A stretch of 64,000 nucleotides of DNA from contig OZ244905.1 of NCBI GenBank assembly GCA_965221695.1, positions 736,001 to 800,000 of the forward strand. The letters run 5' to 3'. This DNA comes from Gammaproteobacteria bacterium. GTDB taxonomy: Bacteria > Pseudomonadota > Gammaproteobacteria > Eutrophobiales > Eutrophobiaceae. The notes beneath the pieces are model-generated. The model did not search any database. It had not been told where the DNA came from and saw only the letters and a program-made list of their open reading frames with translations. The position numbers and the translations under genes were made by a program. Positions within the stretch are counted from its first letter, which is position 1; each line of letters opens with the position of its first letter. Below are positions 9,682-19,304 of the stretch, one piece after another.

Positions 9682-10473
9682 TTATTTACGATTAAAATTT
9701 GGTTTCCTTTTTTCAATAAACGCTGCCATTCCCTCTTTTCTATCTTCCGTATCAAAAAGGACCGAAGCTGCCCCCAGTTCCAGTTCCAACCCGGAAGCGA
9801 TGTCTGTTTGCATGCCCATATCGACCACCCGTTTTAAAGATTGCACTGCCTGAGCGGGTTTAGACGCAATTTTTTCCGCAATATTTGTAACTTCTTCCAT
9901 CAATTGAGTTGCCGGAAATACGCTGTTTACCAAGCCAATTTCGTTTGCCCTGCCGGCATCTAATGTTGTTCCACTGAATAGCATTTCCTTTGCCGCCGCA
10001 ATACCAATCAATCGGGGTAATCGTTGAGTTCCCCCTCCTGCGGGAATGATACCCAAATTTACTTCGGTCAAACCTATTTTTGCCGTATCTGAAATATATC
10101 GCATATCACAACACAAACAGATCTCTGCCCCGCCTCCGTATGCCACACCATTAATGGCAGCTATAGTAGGTTTTGAACAGGTTTCAAGAGACCTGAACAA
10201 TTGCAGTGTCTGCTTCTGTGTTGCGTAGAATTCTGATGAAGATTGGCTGGTTGCCGTTGTTTCCTTCAAGTCCTTGCCTGCGCAAAACGCCTTGGCGCCG
10301 GCGCCGGTGATAATTATTACTCTTATACCCTGCTGCTGCTCAGCCTGCAATAACGCGCTGCTCAATTCCTCCTTAAGCTGAGTATTCAGAGCATTCATAC
10401 TTTCAGGCCGATTAAGCGTAATCGTCGCTACGCCTGCTTTTTCAGTCATTAAGATAGTATCAAATGACAACAT
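9682..10473 (-). CDS. Enoyl-CoA hydratase/isomerase
   Basis: AFCAGKDL, GGGAE, EVNLGIIPAGGGTQRLPRLIG. Confidence 0.93.
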   Translation of the reverse strand: MLSFDTILMTEKAGVATITLNRPESMNALNTQLKEELSSALLQAEQQQGIRVIIITGAGAKAFCAGKDLKETTATSQSSSEFYATQKQTLQLFRSLETCSKPTIAAINGVAYGGGAEICLCCDMRYISDTAKIGLTEVNLGIIPAGGGTQRLPRLIGIAAAKEMLFSGTTLDAGRANEIGLVNSVFPATQLMEEVTNIAEKIASKPAQAVQSLKRVVDMGMQTDIASGLELELGAASVLFDTEDRKEGMAAFIEKRKPNFNRK

Positions 10474-10480
10474 TTCCGCT

Positions 10481-11620
10481 TTATCCGTTCAGGATTGTGA
10501 CGCCACAGGCGCCACTTTCCAGTTTTGTTACACCTCCACCGACAACATGAGCCAATCCGACTTTCGCATCCTTGACCTGGCGCAAACCTGCTTCTCCGCG
10601 TAATTGCCAGAATATTTCAGCAATCTGCGCTACGCCTGTAGCGCCTAGCGGATGCCCCCTGCCCAGCAAACCGCCGGAGGAAGAAACCGCGACCTCACCG
10701 TCGAGATCAGTTCGACCTTCATCGATCATTTTGCCGGCTTCTCCCGGCCGGCAAAACCCCAGATCTTCGTAGTGGATAAGTTCCGCAATTGCAAAAGGGT
10801 CATGCAATTCACAAATATCCACATCCAATGGTTTAATTTGGGCGATTTCGTAAGCTTGTTTTGCTGCCCTGATAGACATTTCTGATTTCACGTCCACGAT
10901 ACCATACGGTGTCCTCGTTCCTGAATTCAGCACACATGCTCTAATCTCAACCGGATGATCGCATAATTTATCCACTACTGTTTCACCTGCTAATATCACC
11001 GCGGCAGCGCCATCAGATATCGGGCAACACATGTTGCGGGTAATCGGGTCAGCTATGGCTGGTGACTCAAGAACTTCATCTATGGTCGTTTCTGTATTCA
11101 CACGACAACGTGGATTGTGTATGGCATTTTTCCGGTTCTTCACAACTACCTTGGCAATTTGTTCAAGCGATGTGCCATATTCCTGCATGTGCATTTGTGT
11201 AATCATCGCAAATGCAGCCGGCATCACTCGCCCCATGCTGCTGTCCAGATCATCAGTGACAACAGGCAGGAAACCTCCGCCTTCCCTGGTTAATTTTTCT
11301 GCTCCCAGAACCAGTGAGACTTCGGCATCTCCTGCGATAATTGCATTACAAGCTGACTTCAGCGCGGTAACACCACTGGCGCATGCATTCTCCACATTGG
11401 TTATCGGGATCCCGTCGATTCCTATTCTCATCAGTACTTTTTGACCAAAACAGGGACCCTGGTATGCATGTGCCGCAAACGCTGAATCAAGACGTAATGG
11501 ATCAATGGCTGATGATTCAATTGCGTTCCATACCGCCCTGCGCGCCAATTCATGAACAGATACACCATTTTGAGGGGCGAAATCTGTCATTCCTGCTCCG
11601 ATCACAAAAACTTTTTTCAT
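10481..11620 (-). CDS. SCP2-type thiolase family protein
   Basis: NVENACASG, ELHDPF, GHPLGATG. Confidence 0.9.
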   Translation of the reverse strand: MKKVFVIGAGMTDFAPQNGVSVHELARRAVWNAIESSAIDPLRLDSAFAAHAYQGPCFGQKVLMRIGIDGIPITNVENACASGVTALKSACNAIIAGDAEVSLVLGAEKLTREGGGFLPVVTDDLDSSMGRVMPAAFAMITQMHMQEYGTSLEQIAKVVVKNRKNAIHNPRCRVNTETTIDEVLESPAIADPITRNMCCPISDGAAAVILAGETVVDKLCDHPVEIRACVLNSGTRTPYGIVDVKSEMSIRAAKQAYEIAQIKPLDVDICELHDPFAIAELIHYEDLGFCRPGEAGKMIDEGRTDLDGEVAVSSSGGLLGRGHPLGATGVAQIAEIFWQLRGEAGLRQVKDAKVGLAHVVGGGVTKLESGACGVTILNG

Positions 11621-12027
11621 GATTCCTTAGGTTTAAATTTAGGGCCGACGACTTTTTCGCCTTCTTTACCAATGCTTATTGTTCCGATAGTCAGCGTGAC
11701 CTCAGTTCCCACTTTGAGCCTGTCCTCAGTCCAGCCCTCAAGCTGCGCAAAAGTTGATACACCCTCTGATAGTTGGATAAGGGCAAGAGCATACGGTGAA
11801 TCAAATCCGGGTAATGCCCTGCGTACAATTGTGAAAGCTATAATTCTCCCATCACCATCCAATTCAATGTCTTCCAATGTGCCTGGCTTCCTGGCTGCCG
11901 GAGACATCGCTTCACGCGGGAAAAATACAGCGCCGGTTTCACGGCAACGACTCCCTAGTAATTTCGGTTTTCCGTCATTGGCACCGGACCGGATAAACAG
12001 GTTTTCTCTTATGTTTACTTCTTTCAT
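11617..12027 (-). CDS. DUF35 OB-fold thiolase partner
   Basis: GSRC..G.VFFP, PYALALIQL, LKVG..V; overlaps the thiolase start (ATGA). Confidence 0.85.
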   Translation of the reverse strand: MKEVNIRENLFIRSGANDGKPKLLGSRCRETGAVFFPREAMSPAARKPGTLEDIELDGDGRIIAFTIVRRALPGFDSPYALALIQLSEGVSTFAQLEGWTEDRLKVGTEVTLTIGTISIGKEGEKVVGPKFKPKES

Positions 12028-12069
12028 ACAATGTTCTTCGGTCTTGGGCCAAATCCACGATAGCTATGT

Positions 12070-12121
12070 TGACGACCTATCCCTGTGCCGTAAGGACCTC
12101 TGAGACTTAATCAGTGGTTCC
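12070..12121. mobile_element. Truncated right half of the IS5-type MITE
   Basis: GACGACCTATCCCTGTGCCGTAAGGACCTCTGAGACTTAATCAGTGGTTCC aligns with the last two hairpins of 40989-41141. Confidence 0.6.
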
Positions 12122-12160
12122 TAAGGTGATTGTCTCTTACCTGTCTAATCTATCTGATTA

Positions 12161-12185
12161 AATTGTTAATGTAAAGATATCATTT
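12161..12185. promoter_or_regulatory. Putative operator AATTGTTAAT-N5-GATATCATTT (island motif, copy 3)
   Basis: Upstream of the DUF35-thiolase-ECH operon. Confidence 0.6.
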
Positions 12186-12192
12186 ATATTAG

Positions 12193-12220
12193 TGAGACTC
12201 TGAATTAATCAGGCAGTTCC
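12193..12220. mobile_element. Degenerate solo MITE flanked by TTAG/TTAG
   Basis: TGAGACTCTGAATTAATCAGGCAGTTCC between TTAG (12189-12192) and TTAG (12221-12224). Confidence 0.5.
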
Positions 12221-13363
12221 TTAGATATTTTCAAATATATTCGCCGCAATTCTTGTGCGTAGAATTTCATTCGTGCCGCCACCAAGCTGAAATGCCCTTA
12301 CGTCCCGTAACATGCGTTCGAGCGGGAATTCCGTTGAATAACCATAACCGCCATGGATTTGCATCGCCTGGTCACAAATTTTAAACGCAGCTTCACCGGC
12401 GTATAATTTTGCAATGGCTGCAGTATGTGCCGCAGCAGGGTCGTTGTCCGCGAGCATCTCCGCTGCCCTGTATATCAATAATCTCATAGCCTCCAGACTT
12501 GTTGTCATATCAGCTATCATCCATTGAAGGCCCTGAAAGCTTTTTAGTACTTTTCCAAAGGCTTTTCGTTCTGTCATATAACGCGCAGCTAATCTATGAG
12601 CTTCTGTTGCGATACCCAGACATATTGCCGGATTAAGAACGCGTGCCTGGTTTAACCCTTTCATAATTCTGGAAAAAGAGCCCGCGTCCACAATCATTGA
12701 AGTTTTATGGACACGACACTCTTCAAGTATTACTTCTGCTGAGGCGCCACCTTTCAGGCCCATATGATGATCCAGAGAACCAATAGATAAACCGGGTGTG
12801 CCCTTATCAAGAATAAAAGCTCCTATTCCTTTTGAACCTGGTATATCCCCGATTCGTGCGAATACAATGAAAAAATCTGCTATCGCAGCGCGTGTAATGA
12901 AGATTTTATTGCCAGAAATTACGTAGTGATCCTGCTCCCGAACAGCTTTGGTCCGCATTTCTGATGCGGCAGATCCCGCATCCGGCTCGGTCATCGCCCA
13001 ACAACCCAGAACTTCACCTGCAACAATGCCCGGCAAGTATCTGTCTTGATGTTCTTCAGTTCCAAACCGTTGAAGAATTTCTGCAGATGTACAATTCGCC
13101 AGAATAAATGCTGCAGTTGGTGTGCATGCTCTTGCAATCTCTTCGATTGCGACGACAGCATGTAAGATCGTTGCCCCACTCCCACCATATTTTTGATTTA
13201 CCGTAATTCCGGCAAGACCGTTTTCCGCAAGAATTTCAAGATTTTCCCGTGGCGCTTTGCCAGTTTTGTCCCAATGCGCTGCTTTAACTCGAAAATGGTT
13301 ATCTGCCAATTGCCTTGCCAAGTGGCGCAGCATGTCGAGTTCGTTTCGTAGCTCTTTATCCAT
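12221..13363 (-). CDS. Acyl-CoA dehydrogenase
   Basis: AMTEPDAGS, GNKIFIT, FQGLQW, QIHGGYGY, GGTNEI. Confidence 0.95.
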   Translation of the reverse strand: MDKELRNELDMLRHLARQLADNHFRVKAAHWDKTGKAPRENLEILAENGLAGITVNQKYGGSGATILHAVVAIEEIARACTPTAAFILANCTSAEILQRFGTEEHQDRYLPGIVAGEVLGCWAMTEPDAGSAASEMRTKAVREQDHYVISGNKIFITRAAIADFFIVFARIGDIPGSKGIGAFILDKGTPGLSIGSLDHHMGLKGGASAEVILEECRVHKTSMIVDAGSFSRIMKGLNQARVLNPAICLGIATEAHRLAARYMTERKAFGKVLKSFQGLQWMIADMTTSLEAMRLLIYRAAEMLADNDPAAAHTAAIAKLYAGEAAFKICDQAMQIHGGYGYSTEFPLERMLRDVRAFQLGGGTNEILRTRIAANIFENI

Positions 13364-13406
13364 TGTGTTATTGATAAAAAAATTGAAAAAGAATAAAAGA
13401 TGTGCA

Positions 13407-13431
13407 AAATGTTAATGTATAATTATCATTT
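13407..13431. promoter_or_regulatory. Putative operator AAATGTTAAT-N5-ATTATCATTT (island motif, copy 4)
   Basis: One mismatch from a perfect palindrome; lies between the divergent ACAD and SnoaL genes. Confidence 0.65.
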
Positions 13432-13540
13432 GGTCAATTTCAACATAGGCGTTTCCAATATTATCCATTTATCTGTTTGGGTGCTGAAACAAATCCTGGT
13501 TGGAAGTAAACGGCACAGATAATACCGAAAGGAGGTTCCC

Positions 13541-14011
13541 GTGACGATTGACAACCTGAACGTAGTAAAGCGTTTTTATAATGAAGTAGAAAACAAAAAA
13601 AACGCAAATGCTGCCGCAAAGTTTTGGGTAGACAACCTCAAATGGCACGGCTCTGTTAATTCTCCAATTTTTCCCGGCTATTTTGAAGGAATTGATAATC
13701 TCAAACATGCTTTAGATATCTATTTTGAAGCAGTGGACCCGAATGCTCAGGTAGTTCAGTCCATCGTGTCCGGAGACGACAGGGTGGCTGTTCGCTTGCG
13801 CGTAACTGCGAAGCATACGGGTAATTTGCTTGGTTGTCCCGCGACCGGAAAGGAAGCTGTATTTACCGCTGCCGGAAGCTTTGTTCTCAATAATGGAAAA
13901 ATTATTGAAGAGTGGATTATTGCCGACTTCCTGGGCATGGCATTGCAATTTGGCTTCGAACTGCGGCTGCCAGGTGGTCAACCGGCAAAGTTCCATCAGG
14001 AGTTGATATGA
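13541..14011 (+). CDS. SnoaL-like ester cyclase / NTF2-fold protein
   Basis: VVKRFY, DRVAVR, HTGNLLGCPATGK, GKIIEEW; GGAGG RBS. Confidence 0.85.
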   Translation: MTIDNLNVVKRFYNEVENKKNANAAAKFWVDNLKWHGSVNSPIFPGYFEGIDNLKHALDIYFEAVDPNAQVVQSIVSGDDRVAVRLRVTAKHTGNLLGCPATGKEAVFTAAGSFVLNNGKIIEEWIIADFLGMALQFGFELRLPGGQPAKFHQELI

Positions 14012-14451
14012 ATCTGGACTCACACCCGGTGTATCGTTTTTATTGCGATGTCATTTCTGCAGGCGATACAACACGGATAGAAGAACTCTTTACTGAAGAT
14101 TTTACTTTACATGGGGATCCCGGCGCGGTACTGAGCCCGGAAAAAGTGGTGGGTCGAGATGCTTTCACGGAACAATTATCAAGCTTTCTTGACACGTTTG
14201 AAGTTGATGTCAATGTAGAGGAAGTCCTCCAGCAAGATAACACAGTATCGGCGTTATTGACTGTATATGCCACCTTGAAAAAAGAATTTCTCGGGTTGGC
14301 GCTAGGAAGCAAGGCTACTTATTCTGCATTGAATTTCTTCCGATTAGAAGGAGATAAAATTGCCGAAGAATGGCAGAGTGAAGACTTTGTTGGGATGCTA
14401 ATTCAACTAGGGTGTAAATTGTATGATCCAAACGGAAAATTGGTTGTTTAA
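14008..14451 (+). CDS. Second SnoaL-like / NTF2-fold protein
   Basis: VYRFY, FRLEGDKIAEEWQSEDF; ATGA overlap with the upstream paralogue. Confidence 0.8.
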   Translation: MNLDSHPVYRFYCDVISAGDTTRIEELFTEDFTLHGDPGAVLSPEKVVGRDAFTEQLSSFLDTFEVDVNVEEVLQQDNTVSALLTVYATLKKEFLGLALGSKATYSALNFFRLEGDKIAEEWQSEDFVGMLIQLGCKLYDPNGKLVV

Positions 14452-14478
14452 GGAAGCTCTGACTTAATCAGAGTTTCC
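14452..14478. mobile_element. 27-bp solo MITE with TTAA target-site duplication
   Basis: TTAA-GGAAGCTCTGACTTAATCAGAGTTTCC-TTAA. Confidence 0.7.
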
Positions 14479-14504
14479 TTAACAAACCGATTAGAGAGAA
14501 TCTA

Positions 14505-14816
14505 ATGAAATTATTTGCTATTTCCTATCGTCCCGAGGGAACCACGGATGAAAAAAAAGTACCTCAAAAAAATCCTGAAGCGCTACGCGCATGGGAGCTG
14601 TATAAAGAAGGCGTCTTCAGAGAGCTGTATTGGCGCACTGATGGTAAACCAGGTGTGGTAGTAGTATTAGAGTCTGACTCTATTGAGGAGGCAAACAAAG
14701 CGCTTAATTCGCTGCCAATGGTTGTTGGTGGTACTCTGGCATTTGATGTCATCCCCGTGGAGCCATATTCCCACTTCGAACGCTTGTTCAAAGAAGAGTT
14801 TGTCAATACAAGCTGA
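14505..14816 (+). CDS. Muconolactone-isomerase-like dimeric alpha/beta barrel protein
   Basis: EALRAWELYKEGVFRELYWR...VVLE..S.EEA...LNSLPM...F.VIP..PY pattern. Confidence 0.65.
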   Translation: MKLFAISYRPEGTTDEKKVPQKNPEALRAWELYKEGVFRELYWRTDGKPGVVVVLESDSIEEANKALNSLPMVVGGTLAFDVIPVEPYSHFERLFKEEFVNTS

Positions 14817-14889
14817 GATATGCTGATTTGCCCGGACTATGTGTTACCCATTACACCAAACCGTGTAATTCTATGGTGGCGCGGGTACC

Positions 14890-16164
14890 TCAGTACTGGT
14901 AATACAGGTAACAGATTGCGATGGTTGTCATAATCAGGATTCCCAGCCAGCTCCATAGTTTTAATACCAAGCCGGGTTGTTGTTCTGAGGGTACTTGCTG
15001 ACTGAAGATGGCGCGGTGGTTGAGGAAAGCGAGCGCCGGCGCTGTCAGGAAAGCAATACTGGTGGCAAAGTCGATGAAGTTTTTGAACGAGGTCAGGAAC
15101 ACCAGCAGGATCAACGAGCTGACGATGACCTGCAATACGATCAGGTAAGGGTAGTAGTCTCTCGCCGTTTTGCTATTGGACTGATCCGGGATTGCATCCG
15201 TTATTTTGTTGATGATATCACTGGCCGCTCTTGGCCCGGCATCGAGCAAGGTCATCACCGTGGAATACATCACAACCAGCGCGGCCAGGCTGACCACCGG
15301 GTACAGCCAGGCGCCGGTGGCCGCGGAAAACATCGATAACAATTGACCGGCAAAACCGACCGCGTCGGGCGCCAAGGCGATACCGGAAGAATAGAAAAAG
15401 GTGGCGCCCATCAGCATGAAGCAAAGAGCCAGGAAGATAGTGGTGAGATAGCCGATATTGAAATCAAACTTCGCGGATGCCAGGTCCAACTTTTGTTTTC
15501 CGCTTTGCTGCCTGGCGCAGACCCACAACGACTGAAATACGGATGCGGTAATCGAGGTAGGCATCCAACCGGCTACCGCGATCATGAACAAGATGGTGGA
15601 TTTATTCGGTTCCAGTACCGGGGTAAGGTCCACATCGAGATTTAACAGACGCGGCAACACGGACACTGTTGCCAGCACAGTTATCAGCGAAAACACCAGC
15701 ACCAGCGCCTTGATCAGGTTTTCAAACAAACGGTATTTCCCTGCGAGCAGAATCATCATGCAGACACACATTAAGATGAAGCACATGAGTACGATATTCA
15801 GGTTCAATCCCAATACATTCAGGGTGAGCCCGGCAGTGACCAGGCTGACTGCGGCGGTGGCGATGAACATGTCAACGGGCAGGATCAATGCAAACAGGAT
15901 CAACACGATACGTCCTTGCCTGCGATAGGCTTGCAACAGCGTCTCACCGGTAATGGCTGAATAATCGCTGGCAAATCGAAAGGCCGGATACTTGAGCACA
16001 CAGGCGGCAATAATCAACAAGCCCAGTGTCAAACCGAAATTGGCGCCGGCGCGGGTGGATTGTACAAGATGAGATACGCCGACGGCCGAAGCGGCAAACA
16101 ACATGCCCGGCCCCAATATCGCGGCGAGTGAAGACAATTTTCTTGTCTGGTTTGCTTTAGTCAT
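14890..16164 (-). CDS. NRAMP-like (APC superfamily) membrane transporter
   Basis: LGPGMLFAASAVGVSHLVQSTRAGA, GWMP, about 11 hydrophobic segments; lacks the DPGN motif. Confidence 0.75.
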   Translation of the reverse strand: MTKANQTRKLSSLAAILGPGMLFAASAVGVSHLVQSTRAGANFGLTLGLLIIAACVLKYPAFRFASDYSAITGETLLQAYRRQGRIVLILFALILPVDMFIATAAVSLVTAGLTLNVLGLNLNIVLMCFILMCVCMMILLAGKYRLFENLIKALVLVFSLITVLATVSVLPRLLNLDVDLTPVLEPNKSTILFMIAVAGWMPTSITASVFQSLWVCARQQSGKQKLDLASAKFDFNIGYLTTIFLALCFMLMGATFFYSSGIALAPDAVGFAGQLLSMFSAATGAWLYPVVSLAALVVMYSTVMTLLDAGPRAASDIINKITDAIPDQSNSKTARDYYPYLIVLQVIVSSLILLVFLTSFKNFIDFATSIAFLTAPALAFLNHRAIFSQQVPSEQQPGLVLKLWSWLGILIMTTIAICYLYYQY

Positions 16165-16365
16165 TATGTTGTTGGGCAGATACTGGAAAATTTTGTCGCC
16201 ACCGTGTTACTTAAACAGTTGGCGTTCCCAGATATACTGAGGCAAATTTATCATTTTTGCACCAGTGATGGCAAAGAAGTGGATTTTATTATCGAACAAA
16301 ATGATTGATAGCTGTTGAGACATGCTGGCGACGTGGCGTGTCTGTTCCATGATCCAATCATAGAA

Positions 16366-16395
16366 TTGACACAAATGCCAGTTGCAAGCTATGCT
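16366..16395 (+). promoter_or_regulatory. Sigma70-like promoter for a leaderless transcript
   Basis: TTGACA-18 nt-TATGCT, 6 nt before ATG 16402, no SD. Confidence 0.5.
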
Positions 16396-16401
16396 TATTC
16401 C

Positions 16402-17583
16402 ATGTTCCCCCGCCATATCTCTACAGCGCTACGTGTCGCAGCGGAACAAAATCCCGTAGTGACGCTGACAGGACCGCGGCAATCCGGGAAAACAACCCTG
16501 GTGCGAGACATATTCCCCAAGCATCATTATTTTTCGCTTGAGGCGCCGGATGTTCGTTCAAGGGCGATAGATGACCCGCGCGGTTTTCTCTCCGGTGATT
16601 CCAGGATCATATTGGATGAGGTCCAACGTGCGCCCGAATTGCTTTCATACATACAGGGAATCGTTGACGATGAGCCGGCCCCGGGCAGGTTTATCCTCAC
16701 AGGTTCGCAAAACCTGTTGCTGATGGAGTCTGTTTCGCAAACCCTGGCCGGCCGCACCGCTCTATTGCGTCTTTACCCCCTCTCTATGGCTGAATTGACC
16801 GGTCGGACACTATTCCACCCTGCGCAACTGCCCGCCACACAACCACCGCCGAACCTGGATCGTTGGCAAACCCTGTTCAATGGTTTTTATCCGCGAATCC
16901 ACGACACCGGCATTCCGGCTCGTGAATGGCTGGCGGATTACTTTCGCACCTATGTTGAACGCGATGTGCGCGCCGTTCTGGAAGTTTCCGACACGCGCGG
17001 GTTTGAGAACTTTATCAGACTCGCCGCCGCAAATACCGCCCAGGAACTTAATCTTACCCGGATGGCCAGTGATGTGGGAATCACACAGCAAACGGCCCGT
17101 CGTTGGCTGAACGCCCTGGAGACAGGTTATCTCGCGACAACACTGCCGCCACATTATGTCAACTACAGGAAACGGCTGCGCAAACGCCCGCGCCTGCATC
17201 TTCTCGACAGTGGGTTAATCTGTTACCTGTTGGATATTACGGATGCGAAAATGTTAGCCCGGCACCCACTCCGGGGCGCAATCTTCGAATCATACGTGGT
17301 AGCAGAGCTCATAAAAAGTTTTGCCAACCGCCGCCGTGACCCGCGCCTGTTTTTCTGGCGCGACGCAACCGGCCACGAGATAGACGCCCTGATTGACCTG
17401 GGCGAACGCATCCTCCCGGTGGAGGTAAAATCCGGCGAGACAGTGCCGGCAGATGCGATTCAAGGCTTGCACTGGTGGACTTCCCTTCCGACTAATCCCA
17501 ACAATGGCGGCTTGCTCATCCATGGCGGCAACGAGCGCTTTTCCTTAAAGGGTTTCGATGTTCTGCCGTGGTTTTTGGCTTGA
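16402..17583 (+). CDS. AAA+ ATPase with DUF4143 C-terminal domain
   Basis: GPRQSGKTT, LDEVQ, LTGS, DSGL, FESYV, EID...PVEVKSG. Confidence 0.9.
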   Translation: MFPRHISTALRVAAEQNPVVTLTGPRQSGKTTLVRDIFPKHHYFSLEAPDVRSRAIDDPRGFLSGDSRIILDEVQRAPELLSYIQGIVDDEPAPGRFILTGSQNLLLMESVSQTLAGRTALLRLYPLSMAELTGRTLFHPAQLPATQPPPNLDRWQTLFNGFYPRIHDTGIPAREWLADYFRTYVERDVRAVLEVSDTRGFENFIRLAAANTAQELNLTRMASDVGITQQTARRWLNALETGYLATTLPPHYVNYRKRLRKRPRLHLLDSGLICYLLDITDAKMLARHPLRGAIFESYVVAELIKSFANRRRDPRLFFWRDATGHEIDALIDLGERILPVEVKSGETVPADAIQGLHWWTSLPTNPNNGGLLIHGGNERFSLKGFDVLPWFLA

Positions 17584-17720
17584 GGGATCAAGTGAGAATA
17601 CCATGCTCAGAAATTGTTGCTTACCCTGAAACACACCTCTTTACACAAAAACGCCCGGTCATGCGCCGTACCTGTACCAGGGCTATCTTCAAGGGATGCC
17701 TGATACTGCTAGACGTCAAA

Positions 17721-19295
17721 TCATTCCCACTCAATCGTCGCAGGCGGCTTGCTGGAAATGTCGTAGACGACCCGAGAAACGCCTTCTACCTCATTCATGA
17801 TGCGTTCGGAGACTTCCTGCAGGAACTCGTCCGGCAGGCGCGCCCAGCGTGCGGTCATGAAATCTACGGTTTCCACGGCGCGCAGGGCTATCACGTAGTC
17901 ATAGTGGCGAGCATCGCCCTTCACGCCCACGGACTTGACCGGCAGGAACACCGCAAATGCCTGGCTGACGCTGTGGTACAGGTCATGCCGTCTCAGCGCG
18001 CGTAGAAATATGTCATCGGCCTGGCGCAGGATGTCCGCGTACTCCTTTTTTACTTCGCCGAGGATCCGCACTCCCAAGCCCGGTCCAGGAAACGGATGAC
18101 GGCCGATGAGTTCTTCCGGCAATCCGAGCTGTCTGCCCAGTTTGCGCACTTCATCCTTGAACAGTTCCCGCAGCGGCTCGATCAGTTTCAGGTTCATGCG
18201 CTCCGGCAGTCCGCCGACGTTGTGATGTGACTTGATGACATGGGCCTTACCGGTGCCGGCGCCGGCGGACTCGATCACGTCCGGGTAGATGGTGCCCTGG
18301 GCCAACCATTTCTCGTTCCGGAGTTTCCTGCCCTCTTCCTCAAAGATGGCAATGAACTCGCGGCCGATGATCTTGCGCTTATCTTCCGGGTCAATGACAC
18401 CTTTGAGTTTTTGCAGGTAGCGTTGCTCGGCATTGACCCGGATAACACGAATGCCCATATGCCGGGAGAAGGTCTCCATTACCTGGTCGCCCTCGTTCAG
18501 GCGCAGCAGGCCGGTGTCGACGAAGATACAGGTGAGCTGGTCCCCGATTGCCTGGCGCAGCAACGCCGCGGTGACCGCGGAATCGACGCCGCCGGACAGG
18601 GCCAGCAACACCTCGTCATCGCCTACCCTGGCGCGCGTGTCCACAACGGCGTGCGCAATGATATTATCAGGTGTCCAAAGCGTATCGCAACCCGCGATAT
18701 CGCAAACGAAACGGCGCAGGATAGCCAGACCCTGACGAGTGTGGGTGACCTCGGGATGGAACTGCAGGCCGTAAAACCCCCGCTTCTCGTCCGCCATGCC
18801 GGCAATCGGTGAGTTGTCCGTGGAGGCAATGCGCTTGAAGCCCGCAGGCAGTTCATCGACCTTGTCGCCATGGCTCATCCATACATCCAACAGGCCATGG
18901 CCTTCCGCGTTCGTCTCATCCTGGATATCGCGTAACAGGCGTGAATGCCCGCGCGCCCTGACCTTGGCATAACCGAACTCGCGCAGGCTGGAAGCGCCGA
19001 CCTGCCCTCCCAACTGCTGCGCCATGGTCTGCATGCCGTAGCAGATGCCGAGCGCCGGCACGCCCAGTTGGAATACGATATCCGGGGCGCGCCAACTGTT
19101 GGAACCGGTTACCGATTCCGGACCGCCGGACAGTATCACTGCCTTCGGGTTGAAACGCCTTATTACCGCTTCATCCAGGTCGAACGGGTAAATCTCGTTG
19201 TAAACACCCAACTCGCGCACGCGCCGGGCTATGAGCTGGGTATATTGCGAACCGAAGTCCAGGATCAGGACTTTGTCATTGTGGATATCGTACAT
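17721..19295 (-). CDS. guaA: GMP synthase (glutamine-hydrolysing)
   Basis: [37 protein letters not shown]. Confidence 0.99.
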   Translation of the reverse strand: MYDIHNDKVLILDFGSQYTQLIARRVRELGVYNEIYPFDLDEAVIRRFNPKAVILSGGPESVTGSNSWRAPDIVFQLGVPALGICYGMQTMAQQLGGQVGASSLREFGYAKVRARGHSRLLRDIQDETNAEGHGLLDVWMSHGDKVDELPAGFKRIASTDNSPIAGMADEKRGFYGLQFHPEVTHTRQGLAILRRFVCDIAGCDTLWTPDNIIAHAVVDTRARVGDDEVLLALSGGVDSAVTAALLRQAIGDQLTCIFVDTGLLRLNEGDQVMETFSRHMGIRVIRVNAEQRYLQKLKGVIDPEDKRKIIGREFIAIFEEEGRKLRNEKWLAQGTIYPDVIESAGAGTGKAHVIKSHHNVGGLPERMNLKLIEPLRELFKDEVRKLGRQLGLPEELIGRHPFPGPGLGVRILGEVKKEYADILRQADDIFLRALRRHDLYHSVSQAFAVFLPVKSVGVKGDARHYDYVIALRAVETVDFMTARWARLPDEFLQEVSERIMNEVEGVSRVVYDISSKPPATIEWE

Positions 19296-19304
19296 TGGGA
19301 GTTA

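Noticed and set aside
14890-16164. Calling this gene mntH
   Set aside because: Lacks the DPGN metal-binding motif; substrate unknown
17584-17740. Genomic island integrated at the guaA 3' end (a known hotspot)
   Set aside because: No integrase next to guaA, and I saw no duplicate of the guaA 3' sequence in the window
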